A stretch of 63,456 bases of DNA, filler included, from Octopus bimaculoides (GCF_001194135.2; 6 parts of 6 records of this genome joined end to end with filler, not necessarily neighbours in it); one strand, 5' to 3'. Numbered from the whole stretch's first letter, positions 13,146 to 24,880 are shown. Numbers and translations: made by a program. Notes: generated from the sequence alone by a model not told the origin.

Positions 13146-14590
13146 ATTATATATATATATATATATATATTTGTAAGTAGTTTTCGTAACTTCATATTTT
13201 CCGACGCTACTCTATCTCTTTCTCTTTCTCTTCCTCTATCAAGTTTTCCCCCTCTCGTTCTTCCTCTTTACTACTACGTATCTCGCTTTACTCCTCTCGT
13301 TCTTCCTCTGTTATTACTACGTATCTCTTTTTCCCCCCTCGTACTTCCTCTCTTTCTCTTATCCTCTCGTTGCTCACCTGTTCTTCTACTTCCTCCCTTT
13401 GTTTCTCCCTCTACCACTCTCTCTCTCTTCCCCTTACACCGGCATGGTCACATGCTTCCGGTCAATAATCCTTTTCTTCCTTGGCTATCGCCGAGCAAAC
13501 ACGCGAACTACTTCGTCCCTACTTTCAAGTTCGTGCCTCACAGCGTTCATACACACATATTTTTTCTCGTCTGNNNNNNNNNNNNNNNNNNNNNNNNNNN
13601 NNNNNNNNNNNNNNNNNNNNNNNNNNNNNNNNNNNNNNNNNNNNNNNNNNNNNNNNNNNNNNNNNNNNNNNNNNNNNNNNNNNNNNNNNNNNNNNNNNNN
13701 NNNNNNNNNNNNNNNNNNNNNNNNNNNNNNNNNNNNNNNNNNNNNNNNNNNNNNNNNNNNNNNNNNNNNNNNNNNNNNNNNNNNNNNNNNNNNNNNNNNN
13801 NNNNNNNNNNNNNNNNNNNNNNNNNNNNNNNNNNNNNNNNNNNNNNNNNNNNNNNNNNNNNNNNNNNNNNNNNNNNNNNNNNNNNNNNNNNNNNNNNNNN
13901 NNNNNNNNNNNNNNNNNNNNNNNNNNNNNNNNNNNNNNNNNNNNNNNNNNNNNNNNNNNNNNNNNNNNNNNNNNNNNNNNNNNNNNNNNNNNNNNNNNNN
14001 NNNNNNNNNNNNNNNNNNNNNNNNNNNNNNNNNNNNNNNNNNNNNNNNNNNNNNNNNNNNNNNNNNNNNNNNNNNNNNNNNNNCAAACAATTAAGATGTC
14101 TTCATTACATTAAATGACTATATGTATAAATATATTAAATTTATTTATTAATAATTTGGGAAAATTATGATAATACTAATAATGATAATAATAAATAAAT
14201 AGCTTTTTACTTACTAAATAAATCTAATAACCAATATAATGATTATTATAATATTGTATAGTATATAACTTGTATTCTTAATACAACAATATTATTTCGC
14301 TACTTCTGAAAGAATTTATAAAATTTGGATATACATAATTCATATTCCTTTAATAAAAAATAAATATTAAATATTTATCGAGAGCAATACTCAATAATTG
14401 TTTGTGCATATTAATTAATTTTTATTTACTTATCTGATTATTTTGTCCGTTATAATTATTTTGTTGTTTTTTAATTTTAATTGATATGTAGTTGAATAGT
14501 TAACGATCACGCTCATAATATATAGGAATTGGAATTAATTTTTACAATCCAACCGTATTTTCGCACGGAATTTCGTCAATCTTTAAACTA

Positions 14591-14670
14591 CTGGCTCTGA
14601 TGAGACTTATACAAGAGAATTGAATTGTTTATATATCAAAACATGTACATAAGTCGAAACAAATTGTTGC
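14591..14670 (+). ncRNA. Degenerate hammerhead motif (intact core, broken stem I)
   Basis: CTGATGA (14597-14603), stem II GACTTAT/ATAAGTC around a 38-nt loop, GAAAC (14656-14660), near-palindromic ACAAATTGT. Confidence 0.5.
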
Positions 14671-16007
14671 TTTTTTGGTTTTTTAATAATTTGCTATGTT
14701 ATATTTTTAATATATTGTTATAATATAAATAAATAAATCAATTGTCAATTGTATCTCTTTATTTAATTTCTTGTTTTTATATGTTTGTATGTATTCTTGT
14801 ATCCGTGCATGTGTCACCTCGATTGGGGATGACCTGTTACTAAACAACTGTAGCAGAAGCAAACTGGATGATGTAACCATAAATACATTATGACTTAACA
14901 AAATACGAGAGGGTCACATTTGGAACACTGTAAATCATAACTCAGTTGGATGAGAGTTGATGATCTGGTGATTAAACACCGTCACAAACTCTTGCTCACT
15001 TCACAATGCGCACACACCCACCCACACTCACTAATCTTCACTCCTACACCTTCTAACCATAATACATACGCGCGCAAATAAAGCAGAATGCCATAAAAAA
15101 AACACTTACTACTTTCACTGAGGTGGAGCGCCGTCTCTACACTTTAGGTGGTTATGTGAGGATTTCTTTTCAGGACTGTTCATAAAGGGCACAATTTCTC
15201 TCTGCTTTCCCTCCTCACTTCGATTGTAAGTACTTTCCTCTATTAACCACAGTAGAGTCTACAGACATCAGGACTTCTCATAAATGCTAGCACTGACCAC
15301 TGCTGTCTNNNNNNNNNNNNNNNNNNNNNNNNNNNNNNNNNNNNNNNNNNNNNNNNNNNNNNNNNNNNNNNNNNNNNNNNNNNNNNNNNNNNNNNNNNNN
15401 NNNNNNNNTGGAGAGGAAGATACAAATTCAAAAGTGGAAGAGATAAAGAGAAAGAAGCGGTAGAGAAATTGATAGAGAGATAGAGATAGGGAGAGAGAGA
15501 GAGAGAAATCGACGATGGTATAGGGAGAGAGAGAAAGGGATAAGGGGAGATGTAAAAAGAAAGATTAACAGATAAAAGAAAGTGAGAGACATCAGAGTAA
15601 ATGAGAAACATAGGGGGAGCTAGAGGAGAGGAGGGCATGGAATAAAGAGGGGAAGAGAATACGTACGACATTGCTAGAAATAGATAGTAATAGAGAGAAG
15701 GGACGAGAGGAAGGAAGAGATAAAGTGCAAGAGATACATTTGTAAGGGGAAATGAAAGAAAAAGCTAATAGAGAAAATCTGAATTAAAAAGAACGGGATG
15801 GTCACAGCTGGAATATCTTTGACGCACAAACGTAATCTGTCCACTATGACCGTCCAGTAATGTCCTCTCCTCGGATGACCGTCCACTTACGAATATAATG
15901 CCACAAAATATGAAGGATGCCCACAAATCCCGCTTTCAGAATTACCACAGATGTCAGCACTGTCTCTAGATGTCAAGTCCGAACCCCTACGAATGCCGAT
16001 ATTGTTC

Positions 16008-16155
16008 AATGCTTTCAAATGTTACAGAGGCCGACTTATCCTTTTATCCTTTCAGGCTCATTAAAACAAGTATTAAGTGAGCGGTGGGGTTCATATAATC
16101 GACTGGCCCCTTCCTATAAAATTTCAGACCTTGTGTTTATAGTAGAAGGAATATT
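16008..16155 (+). mobile_element. Degenerate SINE (dominant family), central and 3' part
   Basis: ttcaaatgttacagaggccgacttatccttttatcctttcagg...aatcgactggccccttcctataaaatttcagaccttgtgtttatagtagaagga aligns with the copy at 37835. Confidence 0.75.
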
Positions 16156-17158
16156 ATCTACTGCTTCCAGAATTACCACAGGGGTCGGCACTGTCTCCAG
16201 AGTTCCTACAAATGACAATGTCAGCACTGTCTCTGGAAGTGAAACCAGAGCGCAGGTTTCCGAACTGTTCCCTGATAGCAGGACTGCTCGCTACTGTCAC
16301 CAGTATCTTCAGATATCACAACTCTATATAATGGTCAATAACATACACAATGAGATCAACACTGCTTATTAATGATATATGCCTTAACTTGTATGGAACT
16401 AGATTGAATGTCTCACACGAAAATGAACAGTCACACTTACCTGAACACGTTAGATACCCAAATGCATATATAATGGGATGTGTTCGATAATGTTGTTGGC
16501 TGTGGCGGTGGTATTGGTGTGTTTGTTGTGATGGTAACGATTGATGTAGTGAAGATGTGTGCGTGTGTGTGTGTCTGTGTGTGTGTAATCTTTTGAAGTG
16601 GTGTACAGGTTTCATATGTTGATAAGAGACGGTAGTCACGACAGGATTTGAATAAAAATCTATTTACTTAGCGCCTTCGTCCCTTTCAGGGATTCATCAT
16701 GAATGATTTCTTATCGGAAATTCATAACTTTTATAAAGAAGTGAGTTGAAAAGAACCATGAGTGAATTTGTTTTCTTGGGTTTTGGAAAGAGGGTGATTG
16801 AATGGGAGATAACTGAGATGCCCTTTGTCATTTTGATTCTATAGATATATGTATATATGTCTGTCTATGTACACGTGTGTATGTATGTGTGTATAAGCAG
16901 GCGTGTGTTGTGGATTTCTGAAAGAAGGAAAGAAAGAAAGAAGAGATCTTCTGGGATGGATATATTTGATGACATGCCAAAGGAGTCAAAAATTATTATC
17001 AATGAAATTAAATTTCTTTTAGTTATGGTGTGACTGACAAAATTTTTGGCCGGTTGTTTTGTTGCCGAGTTGAAGAAAATAGAATCTATGGAATTATTTG
17101 GAAAGGCTTTTAAATGTATATTTGTGTATGTATATAACCGTATGCGTGAAAGTGTGTG

Positions 17159-17210
<52 letters not shown>

Positions 17211-17860
17211 GGTTGTTTAAGTGAATTCTTCCAGTTATTTTAGTAACGAGAAAATCATTAATAATAAAAATATATCTAGTGATATTCTGGTTTGCTTTCT
17301 TCTCATTAAAATCCATTGTTTTGTTAATTTTAAGGGTAATTCTGTTTATTTAAAAAAGCTTTACGTTCATTAAGTCAAGTTTGACCAAATACGTCTTACC
17401 ATGCCATATAAATGTTTCATTTATTGTGTGAAGTATTGCAAGAGTAAAAGTTTAAATAATAGTGTGTGTCTGCTATTTTGTAACATATATCTGTTGTTAC
17501 TATAGAAATACATATTTTACGAGAATGTCTAAGAGCGATTAGTCATTATAACTGGTTTCTGTCGTAAAGTTGACAGATGTGTGAAGGGTGGTTAGACTCT
17601 TATCGAATATTTACAGATGATTTTTGAATTTCTCCACCCAAAAGAAACTAATCGTTGAAGAAGCGTTTCTAAATTTCAATAACATATTCCTTGAAATTTT
17701 GCTTAAAATTTTCTCTCATATAGTATTTATTAAATGCCATCACCAGGTTAGCATATNNNNNNNNNNNNNNNNNNNNNNNNNNNNNNNNNNNNNNNNNNNN
17801 NNNNNNNNNNNNNNNNNNNNNNNNNNNNNNNNNNNNNNNNNNNNNNNNNNNNNNNNNNNT

Positions 17861-18445
17861 ACTAATGAAATCCAGTTAGAAGTGGTCGTGTATATTTTCT
17901 GTATGTTTTTTCTGTCCCATATTTAATTGCTTCCAGATGTGAAGTGTGACATAAATTGGTATAAAGATTACAAACATCAAACCTTGTGAGCATAGTTCCT
18001 TCTGGGACAGTTGATGGGATGAATTTGGGAAAATCCATATTGTCCTGTGTATAGCTAGGTATTAATAGGCATAAGGCTTTAATGAGTATATCTAACTGAT
18101 GACATTGTCGTTGTTCTGGAGATTGTGGGCCAGCAGCTATTGGCCTCAGTTTGAAATCAATGGTTTTCAAAGCATTTATGTACCGGTTCTGTTCACATAT
18201 GGCTCTCCGTGTTTCCGGATTTTTATGGATTCTGGGTAATCCGTAGAAATTGGTCTCTTAATTTCAGAATTACATAAGTTGTCCATTTCTTTATCTGTGA
18301 AAGATTCTGAGTGATGATTAATTAATATTTTGTTGGTCTATTGTTCCAATATCTTGTCTTTATAATTGACCTTCTCCATAATGACTGTCGCCTCAACCTT
18401 ATCGGCTTCTTTTAGCATGATTGTGCGGTCGTCCTTCAGTTTTAG
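17861..18445 (-). mobile_element. Penelope-like element reverse transcriptase fragment (decayed)
   Basis: Minus frames: LKLKDDRTIMLKEADKVEATVIMEK (the K.ADKG..VVIM motif), then LRPIAAGP...LDILIKAL...IPSYTQD...FDVCNLYTNLCH...LEAIKY, matching PLE RT motifs RPIV, SYI.D and FDV..LYTNIP. Confidence 0.88.
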
Positions 18446-18632
18446 TATGTGTGTTTGAGTGTGCACGTGCGTGCTTGCGTGCGTGTGCGTACTTACACAC
18501 CTATATACATATATACATACACAAATAAATTCAAAAAAGGATAAAAGTTTTTTACAAGAATTTTATCAAGAAGTCAGTGTGTAAAAAAATTCACAAGGGA
18601 AATATCTATTCCCAAGAATATAATTATTCGTT

Positions 18633-19105
18633 TATATTTATATAAAGGGCATTACTACAGAAAAATAATAACGCCACACAGTGGACATCTCAAAATAACC
18701 ACATTTAGTACTTAATGCGAGGAAAAAACAACCAACAGAAGATGACCAACTTTCTTTTAAATAAACTTAATTGTGTATCGACCGATTTCGCGATTACTAG
18801 AATGAATCTAGATTTCGTTCATCAGCACAGTATTGTCCCAAAAATATATATAAATAAACAGAATTCTCACCTCACCAAAAACGAACACACTACGTATCCG
18901 ACAGAGTAAAGGGAATGAAGTTTATCTGTATATATCTTCATCAAAGAAGCGGGAATACTTCCGGGTTGCTTCTGGGTACCCATGTGGAGACAGGACGTCT
19001 TCTGTTGGTTGTTTTTCCTCGCATTAGGTACTAAATGTGGTTATTTTGAGAAGTCCACTGTGTGGTGTTATTATTTTTCTGTAATAATGCCCTTTATATA
19101 AATAT
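18633..19105. repeat. Inverted repeat (about 110-bp arms, 18633-18743 and 18997-19105); PLE inverted pseudo-LTR structure
   Basis: Arms are reverse complements with about 6 differences. They enclose a hammerhead motif and lie next to a PLE RT fragment. Confidence 0.85.
18772..18829 (-). ncRNA. Type I hammerhead ribozyme motif, near intact
   Basis: Minus: TGTG-CTGATGA-ACGAAATCTAGA-TTCAT-TCTAGTAATCGC-GAA-ATCGGTCGAT-A-CACA. Stem I is 4 bp; stem II is 5+3 bp with an A.C mismatch at 10.1/11.1; stem III is pseudo-palindromic; the triplet is AUA. Confidence 0.75.
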
Positions 19106-19332
19106 ATACATACACATATATAATATACATACATATACTAGCACATACATGCATATATATATATATATATATATATATACACTCACGTATACATGCACAT
19201 AGATATATATACATATATAGACACACAGATGTATGTATATATATATATATATATATATATNNNNNNNNNNNNNNNNNNNNNNNNNNNNNNNNNNNNNNNN
19301 NNNNNNNNNNNNNNNNNNNNNNNNNNNNNNNN

Positions 19333-19371
<39 letters not shown>

Positions 19372-20384
19372 ACATTTACAGACACATAATTTAATGTTCT
19401 GTAATTAGTGGGATCAACAATAAATATATTCTATTCAGTGAAAGGTTAATATTTAACAAATACAGTGTTTAATTTCGAGCTATGATTAGATTCATGCTAT
19501 GAAAACACAATAAACTTATATATCATGCCTTATGTTTTTAGGCAACATTTCAGGCTCAAATTTTCGAAATGGGTGGTCAGTTTTGAAAAAGATCACGGAA
19601 AAGGACGACATGCAAATAAATGCATATAGTGGAATGAGAGAAAGAAAGAAAGAAAAAAAGAAACAAACGAAAGGATGAAGTTCTTTTGCCGTTCCAATAA
19701 GTATTAATGTGGATGGTGTTCGAATGAGAGTTCGGTTGGTGTAGATTGATACAACGGGGAGGAGATCAAGATCTATGAGACTGAATGCTTAATCCGGAGA
19801 GGAAGCTCTTCACCAGCTGAACGAAAGAAATTTGTCCGTATGTTTATATTTAATAAAAATATCAGATCAAGAATTTAGTAGACCTGTGGAATTTTCACAT
19901 CTATAAAGAATGAGATCTTTCGGCTGCACAAAATGGATACAACTGTTGGTTTTTCTTCATTTTACATTTTGCTCTTACTTTCCTCTCGTCCGTCCTCGAG
20001 ATTTCCCAAAGACCTGCGTCCTTTCTTGTGTATCTAAATGAGAAGTAATATCGTATACTTGAGCAAGAAAGATAGCTTGGGAGCACAAAGTATGATATGT
20101 ATGTATGTATGTATGTATGTATGTGAGTGTGTGTGTGTATCATGCTTAATGCGCTTTGAACACTTTAAAGTCTCTAAGACACGTCATAAGCAGCTACAAG
20201 AGAAGCTAGGGAGTTATGACTGGCTGAAGTTTACACAGCTGGCGTTCTGATAACGACGGCACGCTGCACTTCATCCTAAAACTGNNNNNNNNNNNNNNNN
20301 NNNNNNNNNNNNNNNNNNNNNNNNNNNNTTAATTAATTAANNNNNNNNNNNNNNNNNNNNNNNNNNNNNNNNNNNNNNNNNNNN

Positions 20385-20635
20385 ACATACAGCCTTTGCG
20401 TTGATGGTAACTTTATGTAGGTGGGTATTTTATTTAGTGACTCCTGGGTAATATGGAGAAGGATCTCCATTTTTTTACCCACCCACTGTTGCTTTTCAGA
20501 AACATTAATTTGCAATATGTCAACTTCCTCCATATCGACACATACGGCTGATGTTATCCATAGTGTGTCTACCGTGGGAGGAATATTTTTTATGATAACC
20601 CTTGTTACCCTCTGACCAAGGTAACTCGGTATCAT
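20385..20635 (-). mobile_element. Probable L1/Tx1-like LINE ORF1 remnant
   Basis: Open non-repetitive frame IPSYLGQRVTRVIIKNIPPTVDTLWITSAV...LQINVSEKQQWVGKKMEILLHITQESLNKIPTYIKLP resembles the ORF1 region upstream of a zinc knuckle. Family call from recall only; cut by a gap. Confidence 0.45.
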
Positions 20636-20667
20636 TGTTAACTGTTCTGTCTTAAGAGTTAGCGTTG

Positions 20668-20735
<68 letters not shown>

Positions 20736-21684
20736 TTACATGTAAATGAAGAACATAATTTAGCATGATTGCAGACATTATGGCTAACAAAAATATTTTC
20801 TACACATTAAACAAATAGATAATGCTGAGTAAATCTGCTAATAAGAAAGAGAAAGAAGAGAGAGAGAGGAGTGTGTGTGTGTGTATGTGTGTGTGCATAT
20901 GTATGTGTGTATATGTATGTCTGTGCGTGCGTATGTAAGTGGGTGCATGTACGCTCACCCATCGGTGTGCGCGCTGCATGTGTACGTGCGCGCGTGCGTG
21001 TGTGCATGTAAATGTGTGTATTCGTGCGTCCCACCTACGGGTGCGCGCGTTGTATGTATACAGGCATGGGTGTGTGTATTTATGTATATATATGTAAGTA
21101 CGCATCTATTTTTAAAAAAGTAATTGAAGAACAAACGAGAACGAGACTTGAGAGGAACAAGTTCAAGCTGGAATGTTAAGCATGAACTATATAAACAACT
21201 TTTGTATAAAGATTATAAATCACCTGGTGGCTTTAGTCTACCTTTCTTGGGACTAGCAAACGGTTCTCTACTGACGTGATTACAAAAGTATGAAATATGT
21301 GGAATGCTTTATCATGAAAACACACAGGTATGTACACAATTACATATATGCATACATACATAGATATATACATAGATGCATACATAAACGTACGTACGTA
21401 CATACATGTGTGTGTGCGTATGTTAAAATGTTTATTATCATAATTTGACGTGAAAACAACATTAATGTGTGTGTGTGTTCGTGCGTGCGTGCGTGCGTGC
21501 GTGCGTGTGCGTGTGTGTGTGTGCGTGTGTGATTAAATTTATAAAAGCAAACATTAATATAACCGTTTACTAAGGCGGCGAGTTGGCAAAATCCTTTACT
21601 CGACAAAAATGTATTGAGCAATTCTTCGGGTTTAATGTTAAATAACAACAAACATTTATATACATACATCTTTTTCGTTTTTAT

Positions 21685-22330
21685 CGTTTTATTCTTTTAG
21701 TCTTTAGACTGCGACTATGTTGGGGCACTGGGATCTATTTTAAAACGGGGGCCACATTTTTCATTAATGTTTTACGTAGTGTTTTTGGTACCGAAAGACT
21801 TTCAAACTTCGTATATTTATCTATTTTGTGTTATAGAACAGAAAAATATTTTTGTATTCGAATTTATTTCATGTAAAAAATTGTCTTATTTCGATAATTT
21901 CAACCAATCACTGACAAGTATTCAGTTGTTTATATTTACTCCTTTGGCTGATTAAGCGATGTAAAGCGTATTTAATCTCCATACCTTCGTTTTATTTGCT
22001 TTTTTCATTTTAAATTTGCTTTAACCCTAACCCTAACCCTAGNNNNNNNNNNATGTAGTCGGCACTTAATGTATATTGGCTGAATGGACGTCAGTGGTTG
22101 GTTGAAATTACAGAAATACGACAACTTTAATATGGAATAACTTATGGATTTCTTTTTTTTTAAAGAAGACTAAGAGAAAAAGATGTTTTATATGACACAT
22201 TCTACCAGTGTTCCAAGTTTCAAAGTGTTTCGTTAATGAAAAATGTGGCCCCCGTTTTAAAAAAGATCCGGGCACTGCGTTAAAGAATTTTAGTTTAATG
22301 AATCGAACCCAGTACTTGTTTTTTTTTTCA
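21685..22330 (-). mobile_element. SINE 3' half with CR1-type tail, interrupted by a MITE
   Basis: Removing 21731-22269 and one TSD copy restores aagtactgggttcgattcattaaactaaaattctttaacgcagtgccccaacatagtcgcagtctaaagactaaaagaataaaac on the minus strand. Confidence 0.7.
21731..22269. mobile_element. Non-autonomous DNA transposon (MITE), 37-bp TIR, 8-bp TSD; superfamily unresolved (Merlin/MULE-like GG termini)
   Basis: TIR GGATCT(A/T)TTTTAAAACGGGGGCCACATTTTTCATTAA at both ends (1 mismatch); GGGCACTG duplicated at 21723-21730 and 22270-22277. Confidence 0.88.
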
Positions 22331-23040
22331 GGTGAGTTGGGTGAAGACCAAGCTGATGCCTATCGGTGATAGTCCGGACCCGCCTCCTCTCCATATTAAC
22401 CCCGACGTCGTGGAGTTTGTCAGCTCCATCATCTACCTAGGCTCCACAGTCACCATCAGTGGAGACCTGACCCGGAGGTCAGCCACAGACGGGTCATGTA
22501 CTCTCTATGGAAATACATTTGGCGCCACTATTTTACCTCCCGGAAGAGGAAGACGAAGCTTTGCATCTACAACACGTCGGTCCTCCCCGTTCTTTTCTAT
22601 GGAGCAGAAACGTGGCCCTCACGAAGGCCCTGGCAAAGAGGATCGACAGCTTCGTCAGCAGAGCCTGAGAACCATTGAGAATATCAGAGGATACCATCAT
22701 GTTTCCAACAAAGAACTGCGTGCGTACAAGCATCATCCTCAAGCCTCAAGCCTCTCGCCTCATAGCTATCCACTACATGCGCTGGTACAGACATGTCGTC
22801 TGCATCCAGCCAGATCAACCTACCAGGGCCTTACTCTCATTTGATGCAGCAGCTGCGGGCTGGAAGAGGTCCCCTGGCAGGCACCTCACCAGATTGCTGG
22901 ACGTGATTAAGGAAGACCTCAAGAGGCTCGACGTCACCTTGGAGGGTGCAAAGGGCTGACACAGGACCGTCGGCGAATGGAAGCACTGGTGGACCTGGTC
23001 GACTCTACGCATGATGACGCTTTGGGACCACTAATCTGAG
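22331..23040 (+). mobile_element. RTE-clade LINE 3' fragment (decayed RT C-terminus)
   Basis: Frames give VSWVKTKLM...VEFVSSIIYLGSTVT, RKTKLCIYNTSVLPVLFYGAETW, LRTIENI...HVSNKELR, RWYRHV and GWKRSPGRHLTRLLDVIKEDLKRLDV, all RTE hallmarks. Confidence 0.88.
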
Positions 23041-23402
23041 ATAATCCTAGCCCCATCAAATAAAAGCAAGTAGCAATCAAGCATTTATTTATATTTGTAT
23101 TTACAAACACACGCATACATACACATATATAGAGCGAAGGAAAGAAAGAAAAAATGAAAAAAAGAAAGAAAGAAAGAAAGAAAGTGAGTGGGTGGGAGGA
23201 CGAAGCAACTGCTAGCAGCTATGAGTCTCTGTGTGCCTTTGCACCTTTATGTATGCGTGCGTGTATATGTATGTGTGTCAGAGTGTGCGCACGTGTAGGC
23301 ATACTTGACAGATATGTTCCTTAGAAGAATGCTAATGAAATGTAGATACGTGGTATTTCGTTATGCAACCGTAATTTTTTTCTGTATATATGTATGTATA
23401 TA

Positions 23403-24376
23403 TTGGGTCATCCCATGGATAATGCAGATTTTTTATACTTCTTTTATTTTGTAAAATTAAGAAAAACAAAGTTCTTTTTTTAATCTAAAATGTACTCTCC
23501 TTCATTTTCTACAATGCTCTTCCATCCATCTGGGAGGCTTGCAATGTCCCTCTTCCAAAATTCACTTGTCCGTGATGAAAAATACTCCTCCGGTACTGTT
23601 ATGACCTCGTCTACAAAATTCATATTTTTACTGTCCAAATGATTTTGAAGACTGCGGAATAAATGATAACCTGACGGGGCAATGTCCGGCGAATATGGTG
23701 GGTTGAACATCGTTTCTGATTCAAACTGCTTCAGCCTTTGGAATGCCATCCTCGCTGTATGTGGGCGAGCATTATCCTGAAGGAAGAACACCTTTCGTCT
23801 TGAAACCAAAGAAGATCGTTTTTCTTCTAGCGTTGATTTGAACGACCTATTGAATGACCAAATCCAAGCTTCTCTACTAGTTCCTCAACAGTTACGATAG
23901 GATTTTGTTCCACCAGGGTTTGCAGGGCGTCCTTGTCGAGCTCTACAAATCTTTCCGGGCGAGGCTTGTCTTCTAGGCTGTAGTTTCTGGCTCGGAATTT
24001 CTGAAGCCACTGTTGACACTGACTTAGGCTTATTGTCCGATCAGCATATACTGTATTACTATTCTTCGCACTTTCCGTTGCGTTGTTGCCTTTATTGAAC
24101 TCATAAAGCAAAATATGCCGAATATGCTCCTTTGTCACTTCCATTATAGCTTTGAAAAAATAACTGTTAAAATCGGACTGCATTCTTCAAAACTTGTAAG
24201 AATAACAACATGGTAAAATTGCTACCTGCTTTTATAGCAAGTTGATTCAGGTAGTTTATCCTGTTTCCCTCCAACTTTTAGTCCATGTTTCCCATCCTGT
24301 TTCCCTCCAACTTTTAGTCCATGCAACTTTTAGTCCATGCAATTGAAAAAACCGCATTATTTATGGGACGACCCAA
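23403..24376 (-). mobile_element. Internally deleted mariner element with both TIRs and TA flanks (same family as 3948)
   Basis: TIRs TTGGGTCATCCCATGGATAATGC / GCATTATTTATGGGACGACCCAA with TA on both sides. HTH region MEVTKEHIRHILLYEFNKG is joined near 23850 to FLQDNARPHTA...PPYSPDIAPSGYHLF...GEYILD-stop; WVPHEL and first-D segments are missing. Confidence 0.93.
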
Positions 24377-24880
24377 TATATNNNNNNNNNNNNNNNNNNN
24401 NNNNNNNNNNNNNNNNNNNNNNNNNNNNNNNNNNNNNNNNNNNNNNNNNNNNNNNNNNNNNNNNNNNNNNNNNNNNNNNNNNNNNNNNNNNNNNNNNNNN
24501 NNNNNNNNNNNNNNNNNNNNNNNNNNNNNNNNNNNNNNNNNNNNNNNNNNNNNNNNNNNNNNNNNNNNNNNNNNNNNNNNNNNNNNNNNNNNNNNNNNNN
24601 NNNNNNNNNNNNNNNNNNNNNNNNNNNNNNNNNNNNNNNNNNNNNNNNNNNNNNNNNNNNNNNNNNNNNNNNNNNNNNNNNNNNNNNNNNNNNNNNNNNN
24701 NNNNNNNNNNNNNNNNNNTTCCTTCCTTCTTATGTGTGTCTCACCTTGCTAAATATCAGCCATTTTGTATTTTGTATTCCTATTGTATGTGTCTACGCAT
24801 GCGTGTCTTTCAATGTGTCTGTGTCTTTTGTAGGTGCATGTGTGTATGGGGAGTGTCTGTATCACCTATATACTCTGTTA

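Noticed and set aside
15173-15224. Plus-strand AG...GTAAGT bounded 52-nt segment; similar isolated splice-like signals near 41320-41355, 43595 and 48417
   Set aside because: Splice-like motifs are frequent by chance; no coherent reading frame or partner exons.
15917-16372. 151-aa ORF with non-repetitive appearance and a faint kinase-like GSLK segment
   Set aside because: Its middle (16008-16155) is a degenerate copy of the dominant SINE; the flanks are three short imperfect repeats (cagaattaccacag...gcactgtctc). The open frame appears coincidental.
22021-22042. Chromosome end
   Set aside because: Only about 3 CCCTAA units, internal to a MITE with both TIRs.
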